From contig CBDCZH010000015.1 in the NCBI GenBank assembly GCA_965224485.1, positions 416,001 to 480,000 of the forward strand: a stretch of DNA of 64,000 nt, read 5' to 3'. The stretch comes from Arcobacteraceae bacterium. GTDB lineage: Bacteria > Campylobacterota > Campylobacteria > Campylobacterales > Arcobacteraceae. The notes beneath the pieces are model-generated. The model was not told the origin of the DNA. It was given only the letters and a program-made list of their open reading frames with translations, and searched no databases. The first letter of the stretch is position 1; every line of letters starts with the position of its first letter. Positions 29,751 to 43,584 of this stretch are shown one piece after another. The translations under genes and the position numbers were made by a program.

Positions 29751-31169
29751 ATGAAAATTGCAGTTTATTGTGAAAATAATTATGATTATATTTACAGTAA
29801 TACTAATAATGCTAAGTTAGTTGAGAAGTTTACTTCTGTAAATAATGCAAATATTTTTATATATGAAAAACTAAATAAACAATTAGAAGAATATTCATTG
29901 AATGAAAAAGATGTTGATGAAGTTATAAGTACTTATAAATTTATAGGAATTAATTATTTTTTTAAAAATACAAATGATAAATCTATTTCATTCTCTTCTT
30001 GGTTTTATGTTAAGGAAAATGCCAAAAAAATATTTATTACAATAAATACTAAAAAGACTGATAATACAATTCCTACTATGAAGATAAAAAATAAAGAAGA
30101 AAAATCCCCCTTATGGTTAAAAATAAAAAAAAGACAATATGATAATTTTGATTTATCAAATAACTCTGCTAGTGAACTTATATCATTAAACAATATAGAA
30201 TTTCTACAATTATTAACACATTGTAGTAATCACTATATTCTTTTTATATTTTTACTTACTTTAAAAGAAGAAGAACTAAATAAGTTTTACTTTTATATAT
30301 CAAAGATAGATGAAAATATGAAGAATGAATTCAAAAAAGAAATAAATAAATATAAAAAAACTTCTATTACAGATAAAATAAAAGTAGAAGCATCTTTTGT
30401 TACAACTTTATATATTAAAGAAGCTAAAAAAAGAACAATTATAGAAGAAAAAATTTTAAATATAAAGAACTCTAATAATTATGAAAATAAACTTTGCACA
30501 TCTTCAATTGAAAATGAGTTAAACGATTTAATTTTTACCTCAAAAAATAATTTAGAACTTGAAGCAAAAAGAATCCTAAGTAAATTAAGAGAACTTCATA
30601 CAAGCAAAAAAATAAGTAAAAACTTATATGAGCATATTCTTAAGAAATTTAGCTCTATATTTACTTTACTTGATGTAAAGAGTATAAACAATGATATTAA
30701 AGAAGAATATAATTTTAATTTGAGCAATCAAAAAGAGAAAATAAATATTTTCAACTCTTTATTGGCTGCTAAAAGTAATAGAATATTAGCACTTTATTCT
30801 AAAAATAAAGAAGAAGAGCTCAAAGCAAATATAAATATATGTTTTATACATTTTAGTTTTTATCCTTTATATAAAAACGAAGCACTATTTTTCTTAAATG
30901 AGATGATGAATAATGCTTTAAAAAATACTATGTTCTTAAAAAACAAAAAAAGATTTTTAGACTTTTTTGAAAATCTCCCTTCTTATTATACTGATTGTGG
31001 ATACAGAAATATTATGGATATTAAAGAACTTATAAATAATAAATTAAGAGAAAATAAACTCTTAGAAAATAATATTTTTAAAAATAAAGAACTAAAAGAA
31101 ATATTGGTTTTATTGAATTATATAGAAGATGAAGAATATTTTTATTACAAAAAATTAAAAGGAGTATAA
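29751..31169 (+). CDS. Hypothetical protein, very AT-rich
   Basis: 472-codon ORF with AAGG RBS; no confident family; ends 1 nt from the tRNA-Thr CCA end. Confidence 0.7.
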   Translation: MKIAVYCENNYDYIYSNTNNAKLVEKFTSVNNANIFIYEKLNKQLEEYSLNEKDVDEVISTYKFIGINYFFKNTNDKSISFSSWFYVKENAKKIFITINTKKTDNTIPTMKIKNKEEKSPLWLKIKKRQYDNFDLSNNSASELISLNNIEFLQLLTHCSNHYILFIFLLTLKEEELNKFYFYISKIDENMKNEFKKEINKYKKTSITDKIKVEASFVTTLYIKEAKKRTIIEEKILNIKNSNNYENKLCTSSIENELNDLIFTSKNNLELEAKRILSKLRELHTSKKISKNLYEHILKKFSSIFTLLDVKSINNDIKEEYNFNLSNQKEKINIFNSLLAAKSNRILALYSKNKEEELKANINICFIHFSFYPLYKNEALFFLNEMMNNALKNTMFLKNKKRFLDFFENLPSYYTDCGYRNIMDIKELINNKLRENKLLENNIFKNKELKEILVLLNYIEDEEYFYYKKLKGV

Positions 31170-31170
31170 G

Positions 31171-31246
31171 TGGTGCTCACAACGGGATTTGAACCTGTAA
31201 CCTCGTCCTTACCATGGACTTGCTCTACCGTTAGAGCTATGCAAGC
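31171..31246 (-). tRNA. tRNA-Thr(GGT), atypical
   Basis: GCTTGCATAGCTCTAACGGTAGAGCAAGTCCATGGTAAGGACGAGGTTACAGGTTCAAATCCCGTTGTGAGCACCA; 76-nt cloverleaf, GGT anticodon, encoded CCA. Confidence 0.88.
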
Positions 31247-31251
31247 TGATT

Positions 31252-31316
31252 GTTTATAGTTTATAGTTTATAGTTTATAGTTTATAGTTTATAGTTTATA
31301 GTTTATAGTTTATAGT
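31252..31316. repeat. Perfect tandem repeat (GTTTATA)x9 plus GT
   Basis: Counted directly; starts 5 nt upstream of the tRNA 5' end. Confidence 0.97.
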
Positions 31317-31405
31317 AAAGATATCATATTTTTTAAAAAATAGCTATAAAAATCAATAATTGTAGATATTAAATTCTATACAATTAAAAATAATAGTTAG
31401 TAGAT

Positions 31406-31455
31406 AAAAAAAAAGCTCATATAAAAGACAACAAAGTTGAATTTCATATGAGCTT
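31406..31455 (-). terminator. rrn operon terminator
   Basis: Inverted repeat AAGCTCATAT/ATATGAGCTT followed by a U-tract on the minus strand, just after 5S. Confidence 0.7.
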
Positions 31456-31468
31456 AAAAATACTTAAA

Positions 31469-31584
31469 TCTGGCAACGACCTACGTTTCGCACAAGGGGA
31501 CCCTGCAGTATTATCAGCGATGAAGAGCTTGACTACCAGGTTCGAAATGGAGCTGGGTATTTCCTCTTCTCTATAATCACCAGA
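31469..31584 (-). rRNA. rrf: 5S rRNA
   Basis: Terminal helix TCTGG/CCAGA; internal CCATTTCGAACC and GATAATACTGC; about 116 nt. Confidence 0.93.
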
Positions 31585-31782
31585 AAAAAGTAATAAATGA
31601 ACGGAAACGCAGAACTAAAGTTCTGTTCATAATAAAAATCATACTTTAGTATAATTTATTATTAATTCACTTATTACTTTCTTCTTAAAAGAATAAAGTA
31701 AAAATTGTTAAAGTCTTGTTTTGAACACTTAAATTATTAAGCATACACTTAATAAGATAGTAGCCATTGAAATAATAAAAAA

Positions 31783-34681
<2,899 letters not shown>

Positions 34682-35053
34682 ATAATAAATAGAGTTAAAC
34701 TCTATCGCTTTTTGATAATTATTCTTTGGCTACTATCTTATTAAATGTACAAGTACATTAATAATATAGTATTGTGTTCTATCTATTTCTAGATAATTTA
34801 AATTTTGTTATTAAACTACTTTCATACGAAAATAATTTAACGAAAAAATTAAAGACTTTAACAATAAATTTTTAAATAACATGTAACCTAAGTTACGTTT
34901 TGATCCGAAAATCAAATATAAATTCTACATGTAGAACTTATATTTAATTTACGATTCTTTTAATTAAGGCTTATAATCTTTATAAACCGAACATAATACT
35001 CTGTAATATTTTAGTTACTAGCATAAGAAACGAATCTTATGCTACTTACTCTG

Positions 35054-36571
<1,518 letters not shown>

Positions 36572-36792
36572 TGGTAGTTTGAAACTGACAATATTTATAA
36601 TTGTTACATTACAAAATCATCACTCAAAATAGTTTTTACTACAAGTAGTAAAAGCTTAATAGACAAAGATATGTTTTACCATATTCTTGTTTTCTAATAT
36701 TATCAATATGTTTGTTTAACCTATGTCATATTACATAGTTAAACAGAGTATCATATTCGGTTTATAAAGATTACTCTTTTTAAACCTTAAGT

Positions 36793-36804
36793 TGTTAAAG
36801 AACA
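36793..36804 (-). promoter_or_regulatory. boxA antitermination element
   Basis: TGTTCTTTAACA in the rrn leader. Confidence 0.75.
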
Positions 36805-36865
36805 TCCAGACTCTCATGTTACCACCGCTCTTTCGTTTGGTGTGTATCACTTAAATTGGACGGGA

Positions 36866-36894
36866 ATTATAGACAATTTATTCTCTTTTGTCAA
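36866..36894 (-). promoter_or_regulatory. Consensus sigma70 promoter of the rrn operon
   Basis: TTGACA-17 bp-TATAAT followed by GC-rich discriminator TCCCGTCC. Confidence 0.9.
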
Positions 36895-37021
36895 GGGTTT
36901 ACTCTTCGATTTGGCTTAAATTTTGATTTTTTGTATTTTAAATACTTTTTAACACTATTTATACATATAAAAGCTTAATTTTCTTTAAGTTATAATAAAT
37001 TAAATTATTAAAAGGCCCAAT

Positions 37022-37795
37022 ATGATCAATACCCTAAGTATTCAGATAAAAGAACTTGAATTAATGAATAAATATCCTAAAGAGATATATTATATTGGAA
37101 ATACAAAACTCTTAAACAATAAAAAGATTTCAATTGTAGGTGCAAGAAGACCAAATCAATATGCAAGAACACTAACATATGAAATTTCAAAAAGATTATC
37201 AAATGCAGGTATAACTATTATAAGTGGAGGAGCAATGGGTATTGATACAATTGCGCATAAAGCAGCAGGATTTAACAATACTATAATGGTAGCAGGAACA
37301 GGTTTAGATAATAGATATCCTAGTATAAATATAAATATGATTAAAAGTATAGAAGAGCAAGGTTTACTTATATCAATGTTTAAAGAAAAAACACCCTCCT
37401 TTATATATAACTTTCCAATAAGAAATGAACTTGTTGTAGCTTTAGGTGATATATTAATAGTCTCTTTTGCTGAAAAAAACTCAGGAACCCTAAGAAGTGT
37501 AGAATATGCCCTTAAAATGAAAAAAGAAATTTATGTTCTACCTCATAGACTTAATGAAAGTAATGGAAGTAATATGCTTTTAAAAAATGGTTTAGCAAAG
37601 GCTATTTATGACCTAGATGAATTTGTAGAAAAATTTACATTTAAAAATAAAATAGAAATAAAAGATAAGTTTTTAATCTTTTGCAAAACAAATCCAAGTT
37701 ATGAAGAAGCCTTGAAAAAACATGGCTCCTTAGTTTATGAATATGAACTAGATTCTAAAATAAAAATCATAAATGGCAAAATATTCTTAGTTTAA
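37022..37795 (+). CDS. dprA: DNA-processing protein DprA
   Basis: ISIVGAR, ISGGAMGIDTIAH, FPIRNELV, NSGTL. Confidence 0.92.
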   Translation: MINTLSIQIKELELMNKYPKEIYYIGNTKLLNNKKISIVGARRPNQYARTLTYEISKRLSNAGITIISGGAMGIDTIAHKAAGFNNTIMVAGTGLDNRYPSININMIKSIEEQGLLISMFKEKTPSFIYNFPIRNELVVALGDILIVSFAEKNSGTLRSVEYALKMKKEIYVLPHRLNESNGSNMLLKNGLAKAIYDLDEFVEKFTFKNKIEIKDKFLIFCKTNPSYEEALKKHGSLVYEYELDSKIKIINGKIFLV

Positions 37796-38980
37796 TCAAG
37801 TTTTACAAAAACGTTTTGATTTAGCTTTTAATAAAATTAAATAACCAATAAGACCTGAAACAAAAGAACCTATAAGTATTGCTAATTTATCCGTATACAA
37901 ATATAAACTATCATCTGGATATGCCAAAGCATCAATGAATAAACTCATAGTAAAACCAATACCTGTTAAAACAGAAATTCCATATATTTGCAACCAAGAG
38001 GTACACTTGGGCAGTTTCGCAAACTTTAATTTAACAGCTATAAAAACAAAAGTAAAGACTCCAACTTGTTTTCCTACAAATAAGCCCAAGAGAATCCCTA
38101 AGCTAACGTTATTACTCATTGCATTTAAATCAATATGTTTTAAATCTATTCCTGCATTTGCAAAAGCAAAAAGGGGAAGAATTATAAAAGCAACCCAATA
38201 ATGTATTATATGTCTTATTTTATTAGCAGGAGAATAATGTTTACCCTTATAGTTTTGCAAATCTAAAGGAATTAAAAATGCTAGAATTATACCTGCTAAG
38301 GTTGCGTGAACACCTGATTTTAATACAGATATCCACAATATAGTACCTACTATCATATAAGCAGAAATATTTGTGACCTTTAACCTGTTTAAAATAAAAA
38401 GAACTAAAATAGAAATTAAGGCAGCAAAAATAGAAATACTTGATAAGTCACTTGTATAAAAAACTGCAATTATTAGAATTGCACCAATATCATCAAAAAT
38501 AGCTAAAGCCATAAGAAATATTTTTAAACTAGTAGGAATTCGTTTTCCTAAAAAAGATAAAATTCCTAAGGCAAAAGCGATATCTGTTGCTGTTGGAATG
38601 GCCCAACCTCGAATTGCAATATCATCATCATAATTAAAATATGTAAATATTAAAGCTGGAACTACCATACCACCAACAGCTGCAATTGCAGGAAGGGCAA
38701 TCTTACTCCAAGTTGAGAGATGACCTGCTATTAATTCTCTTTTAATTTCTAAACCAATAACTAAAAAGAAAAGGGTCATAAAACCGTCATTTATCCAAAG
38801 ATATAGAGGTTTATCAATTATTAAACTTCCAATTGAAAAAACAATTTTAACATGTAATAAATCAAAATACATTTGAGCAAAGGGTGAATTTCTTAATATT
38901 AATGCAAAAATTGTCACAAACATTAAAATAATTCCAGATGATGACTCTTTTTTAATAAAACCTCTTACAAGTATTTTCAT
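37796..38980 (-). CDS. nhaA: Na+/H+ antiporter NhaA
   Basis: WINDG, GLEIKRE, GWAIPTATDIAFA, LAIFDD, GIGFTMSLFI. Confidence 0.96.
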   Translation of the reverse strand: MKILVRGFIKKESSSGIILMFVTIFALILRNSPFAQMYFDLLHVKIVFSIGSLIIDKPLYLWINDGFMTLFFLVIGLEIKRELIAGHLSTWSKIALPAIAAVGGMVVPALIFTYFNYDDDIAIRGWAIPTATDIAFALGILSFLGKRIPTSLKIFLMALAIFDDIGAILIIAVFYTSDLSSISIFAALISILVLFILNRLKVTNISAYMIVGTILWISVLKSGVHATLAGIILAFLIPLDLQNYKGKHYSPANKIRHIIHYWVAFIILPLFAFANAGIDLKHIDLNAMSNNVSLGILLGLFVGKQVGVFTFVFIAVKLKFAKLPKCTSWLQIYGISVLTGIGFTMSLFIDALAYPDDSLYLYTDKLAILIGSFVSGLIGYLILLKAKSKRFCKT

Positions 38981-39061
38981 AGTTTCCCCAAGCGTTATTA
39001 TAATTATTTTTATTATAACTATAATATAATAAATCTCTTTACAAAAGCTTTTAAGAAAAAA

Positions 39062-40369
39062 TTACGTATGAGTTCTTAGTTGGTAAGTAATATCTCCTGC
39101 TCCTACACCTAAAATAAGACCCTTATCATATGTTTTAATAATTTTATTATCTTTAACTATATCAATTTTACCATTCTTAGAAATAACCTTAGATGCAAAA
39201 ATTGGATTATAAGAAGCAAACTCTTTTTCAAAATTTATATCAATTTTTTGCTCACCTTTAACTGTCCAAATAGGAAGTATAATTAACTCATCACAAAGTT
39301 TAAAACACTTTTTGAAACCTTCTAAGTTATCATAGGTTCTTGAATATTTATGTGGTTGCCAAATAACAACTTTTTTACTTAATTTTTTTATATTATCATA
39401 TAATTCAACTGATTTCATTGTTACTTCTATTTCAGTTGGGTGATGTGCATAATCATCAATCACAACAAAGTCCTCAGATTTTTGTAAAATATCAAAACGT
39501 TTTTTTATACCCTTATAGTTTTTAAGATTATCTCTAATTATTTCCACATCTAATTCATTTAAAGCAGCAAGAATAGCTAAAGATGTATTAATCGCAATAT
39601 GATATCCAAACCCCCAAACTTCAAAATAACCATACTCTTTTAGCTGAAACTTTGTATAGGGTTCATCTTCTTTTAAAATATAAGAAATATTTTTAATATC
39701 AAGGCTTGGATACAAATTAATAGCCCCTTTTACATTAAAAGTTTTTATATATTCATCTTCTGCATTTAAAACTTTAATTTTTCCTTGATTTATAAAATTT
39801 TTATAAGAGTCAAAAAATTTATCATAATCATAATTATAATATTCCATATGCTCAGGTTCAGCATTTGTTACAATTGAACAGTAAGGATTTGATAATAAAA
39901 AACTAGCATCACTTTCATCTGCTTCAAAAGCAAGTATATTATCAACATATCTAAAATTTGAATTAAAATCTTTTGAAATAGCACCTATTAGTGCTGAACA
40001 GTTTAATATTGAACTTAATATTGCTGTTGTTGTTGATTTTCCATGAGCTCCAGCAACACAATAATTTTTCTTATCCCCTAAAACTAAAGGCAAGGCTTCT
40101 TTTCTTGATAAAGTACGTATCTGCCTTATTCTAGACTCAATTAATTCAGGATTTTCATCACTAATAGCAGCTGAGTAAATTACAATATCAGGGTCTTTTA
40201 TATTTGAGGCACTTTGAGGTGTACTTACCTTTATACCTTCACTTATAAGTTGTTTAGTTATGGGACTCTCACTCATATCAGAACCACTAACTTCATAAGA
40301 GTCATTTTTCAAAAATCTTGCAAGGGCAGATAATCCAATGCCCCCTATTCCTATAAAATGTACCTTCAT
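39062..40369 (-). CDS. murC: UDP-N-acetylmuramate--L-alanine ligase
   Basis: HFIGIGGIG, GAHGKSTTT, EADESD, DDYAHHPTEI, QPHKYSR, GAGDI. Confidence 0.96.
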   Translation of the reverse strand: MKVHFIGIGGIGLSALARFLKNDSYEVSGSDMSESPITKQLISEGIKVSTPQSASNIKDPDIVIYSAAISDENPELIESRIRQIRTLSRKEALPLVLGDKKNYCVAGAHGKSTTTAILSSILNCSALIGAISKDFNSNFRYVDNILAFEADESDASFLLSNPYCSIVTNAEPEHMEYYNYDYDKFFDSYKNFINQGKIKVLNAEDEYIKTFNVKGAINLYPSLDIKNISYILKEDEPYTKFQLKEYGYFEVWGFGYHIAINTSLAILAALNELDVEIIRDNLKNYKGIKKRFDILQKSEDFVVIDDYAHHPTEIEVTMKSVELYDNIKKLSKKVVIWQPHKYSRTYDNLEGFKKCFKLCDELIILPIWTVKGEQKIDINFEKEFASYNPIFASKVISKNGKIDIVKDNKIIKTYDKGLILGVGAGDITYQLRTHT

Positions 40370-40370
40370 C

Positions 40371-40949
40371 TTATGCCAATAAATGTTTTAATTTTTCATA
40401 TTCGCTATGTAAAATTTTCTCATTATTTTTAATATACTCTAAAACATCAAATTTAAAAGTCATAATAAAATAACCATATTTATCATCTTCATTAATAAAA
40501 CTTTGGTCAACTTCTTTTTCATAAAAACTATCTAAATCAACATTTTTACATAAAGCAATTACTAAAATTTTAATTGCATTTTGTAATTTTTCATCGTTAA
40601 TAATATTAAGTAACACAAAAAGTAATTCTTTTGCACCTTGTAAATTTTCATACGACCACTTTTCAATTGCATGTTCATAAAAAGACCTAACATAAAAAAG
40701 TTCATCTTTTTCTAGAGACAATGTTTCACCAGAATTAACTATTTTCTCAACATTCTCAAAAGAAATTTTTAAAATATTCTCATAAACAGTGTTAATTTTT
40801 TCTTCTTCTAAGTCTAAAATTAAAAGTGAATCTAAAACTTCGTATAAAGCAGAAATATTCTTAGTGCTTATTGCATCTACTCTTGTTTTCTCCAAATACT
40901 CTAAAAACTCTGGGTTACTTCTTGCTTCATTTAACTCATCATGCGTCAT
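40371..40949 (-). CDS. Acidic hypothetical protein
   Basis: 192-aa ORF tightly packed between dapC and murC. Confidence 0.75.
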   Translation of the reverse strand: MTHDELNEARSNPEFLEYLEKTRVDAISTKNISALYEVLDSLLILDLEEEKINTVYENILKISFENVEKIVNSGETLSLEKDELFYVRSFYEHAIEKWSYENLQGAKELLFVLLNIINDEKLQNAIKILVIALCKNVDLDSFYEKEVDQSFINEDDKYGYFIMTFKFDVLEYIKNNEKILHSEYEKLKHLLA

Positions 40950-42072
40950 TCATAAAATCCTTTAATCTATTTAATACTTCTTTAGTTTTTTCTTCATTCT
41001 CTACTAAGGCAATTCTTATATAATTTTTTCCTATACCTTCTCTACCTAAAAAACTTCCTGGTAATACTTTAATATTTTTACTCTCATATAGCTTTTTAGT
41101 AAATTCTAATTCATCTTTAACTTCTAACCAAATATAAAAAGTTGAAGTAGGTATTTTAATACCTAAAATATTTTTAGCAAGTAAAAAATTATTTTTATAT
41201 ATTTTTCTAAAAGATGCTACATGTTCTTCATTATCCCATGCTTTTGCAGCTGCATATTGTAAAGGAACAGGAGAAGCACAACCTATAAATGTTCTATACT
41301 TCGAATAAGCTCTTAAAATAGTCTCATCACCTGCTATAAAACCAGAGCGCAAACCTGGAGCTGAGCTTCTTTTTGAAATTGAATTTAAAACTATAATGTT
41401 TTTAAAACTTGGATTATTTGCATGCAGTGATGCTTGCAAAAGTGAAGCTGGTTTATTTTCTTCATCAAAATAAATTTCAGAATAACATTCATCATTTATT
41501 AAAATAAAATCAAACTCTAAAGCTTTTTTTACCCATACACTTAAAGATTCTAAACTCATATTAGAAGCTGTTGGATTATTTGGATAGTTCAAAATAACTA
41601 AATCACATTTTTTAAGTTCTTCATCACTTAATTTTGCTTGGAAATCATTTTGCTTTGTTAGATTTATATGAATAACTTCTGCCCTACTAGCAATTGCAGC
41701 ACCTTCATAAATTTGGTAAAAAGGATTTGTATAAGCCATTACTGGATTCTTTTTATCAAATAAAATAAATTGAGGAAAGTTAAATAAAACCTCTCGTGTT
41801 CCAAAAGTAGGAATAATTTCCTCTTTTTTTAGTTTTATAGAAAATCTTTTTTCAAAAAAACCTAACATTGCATCTTTTATAATACTTAAACCAGCACTAG
41901 CAGGGTATTTTTTTAAAAACTCACTTTTATTTGCAAGTTCTTCTTGTATAAACATCGGAGTTTCAAACTGAGGTTCTCCAATAGTTAAAGAAGATAACTC
42001 ATAACTATCATTTGCTTTTATACCTTCTAATAATTTAGTTAATTTTTCAAAAGGATAGGTTTCAAACTTCAT
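40939..42072 (-). CDS. dapC: Succinyldiaminopimelate aminotransferase (class I PLP)
   Basis: YPFEKL, LTIGEP, NYPNNPT, DECYSEIY, NSISKRSSAPGLRSG. Confidence 0.88.
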   Translation of the reverse strand: MKFETYPFEKLTKLLEGIKANDSYELSSLTIGEPQFETPMFIQEELANKSEFLKKYPASAGLSIIKDAMLGFFEKRFSIKLKKEEIIPTFGTREVLFNFPQFILFDKKNPVMAYTNPFYQIYEGAAIASRAEVIHINLTKQNDFQAKLSDEELKKCDLVILNYPNNPTASNMSLESLSVWVKKALEFDFILINDECYSEIYFDEENKPASLLQASLHANNPSFKNIIVLNSISKRSSAPGLRSGFIAGDETILRAYSKYRTFIGCASPVPLQYAAAKAWDNEEHVASFRKIYKNNFLLAKNILGIKIPTSTFYIWLEVKDELEFTKKLYESKNIKVLPGSFLGREGIGKNYIRIALVENEEKTKEVLNRLKDFMNDA

Positions 42073-42091
42073 ATTGTGCCTTAGTTTTATT

Positions 42092-43522
42092 TTAATCTTC
42101 TACTATAGGAATTAGTAATTGATTGTATCTTTTCATATCAAAAGCTAATAAATCAGAATTTGTATAAAAGAATTCAGGGAAATATCTTTTTTTGAACATA
42201 TTCTTTTTTAAAGGCATGATTTGTAAGATATTGTTTTGAGATTTCAACTCACGAATTGGGTTTTTATTATTAGCTATTATTTCAACTTTTTGATTAAATA
42301 TTTTTGCTAAATTTTCAAAATGATCTAATAAATCATTTTTATTTTCATCACCAATAGGATCCATGTCTAAAATTTTTGTTTTTGTTTTTAACTGAGAAGA
42401 AATATCAAATACAATTGGAGATATTTGCTCATAAGAACTTGTATCATCTAAAAGAACGAAAGTATCTTGAATATCTTCTAAGTTTTCAATACCTAATTTT
42501 AAAACAGGAACTCTTACCTCATCAAGCTCTTTTAGAATTTCTTTATTTCTAAATAATTCATATGAAAATATCATCATTCCAATATCAAATTTTTTCATAT
42601 CATGTACTAAAGTTTTATAAAAAGAGTTTCTTGAATAATCAATATGAAGTATTATATTGTCATTATTTTTCAACTCATTTTTAATATAATTCATTAATGA
42701 AGGTGTAGTTGGTTTAGTAATTCTTAATATTAATTTTTGGTTTTTTATATACTTATGCAGGTATTTTGCTTCTTTTATAGCTTTTTTTACTTGATACTCT
42801 TTTTGTAAATAAAGATCTAAATATAAATATATATTATGTCCAAAAGGCATAGGAAACTGACCTTGCGTTTTATCAATTGCATTATACACTTGCATTAAAA
42901 CATCTGGATTTCCAATAATCAAAATAATATCATTAGGTTTTAGAATTAAAGAAGGTTTTATATTTACTAATTTTTGATTTCTATAAAGACCAAATATTTT
43001 CCATTCATTTTGTTCAATTGAACCTATATACCTATAAGCGTATGAAGAACCAAAAGGAATTCTAATCTCCATAATCTCACCTTGTTTTAAACCAATATTT
43101 TGAGCAAGCACAGGAACATTTGGCAAACGCTCAACCATTCCATTTGCTAGAACATCAATACCTTGATAAACATTTACATAAGCATCTTTTAATTCAATTC
43201 CCCAATAATCTAAAATATTAATTTGCAGAGTTCGTTTCTGTTCTTTTATATTATCAATTACGTTTAGCATTTCATCTTTTGAATTTAATGCAATTAAAAC
43301 TTCACTATGGGTATTTTTTTCTAAAACCATTGCTAGTTTAGAACTAGAGGTTGGATCAAATTTAAAAAAAGTGAAATTTGATGGTCTTTGCTCTGGTAAA
43401 ATAATGTCATTTATAAAAACGACATCATAATAGTTTTCACCAGTATTTACATCAATAATTCTTTGTAATAATTTTTTTGCAACAATGCCATCTAAAATAA
43501 CTAATATTTTTTTCATGCGCAA
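42092..43522 (-). CDS. COG3400-type protein with TrkA-C (RCK-C) domain
   Basis: GLKQGEIMEIRIPFGSSYAYRYI..WKIFGLYRN..PNDIILIIG. Confidence 0.7.
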   Translation of the reverse strand: MRMKKILVILDGIVAKKLLQRIIDVNTGENYYDVVFINDIILPEQRPSNFTFFKFDPTSSSKLAMVLEKNTHSEVLIALNSKDEMLNVIDNIKEQKRTLQINILDYWGIELKDAYVNVYQGIDVLANGMVERLPNVPVLAQNIGLKQGEIMEIRIPFGSSYAYRYIGSIEQNEWKIFGLYRNQKLVNIKPSLILKPNDIILIIGNPDVLMQVYNAIDKTQGQFPMPFGHNIYLYLDLYLQKEYQVKKAIKEAKYLHKYIKNQKLILRITKPTTPSLMNYIKNELKNNDNIILHIDYSRNSFYKTLVHDMKKFDIGMMIFSYELFRNKEILKELDEVRVPVLKLGIENLEDIQDTFVLLDDTSSYEQISPIVFDISSQLKTKTKILDMDPIGDENKNDLLDHFENLAKIFNQKVEIIANNKNPIRELKSQNNILQIMPLKKNMFKKRYFPEFFYTNSDLLAFDMKRYNQLLIPIVED

Positions 43523-43584
43523 GTATATCCTCTTATTACTAAAGGTTTTGTTTCTTAAAAAATATTACTGTTATGATGTGAATT

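Noticed and set aside
29751..31246. Prophage or genomic island at tRNA-Thr
   Set aside because: No integrase, phage gene or duplicated tRNA 3' end found by eye in the window.
31252..31316. Possible CRISPR array or iterons
   Set aside because: 7-bp units with no spacers; no cas or rep gene nearby.
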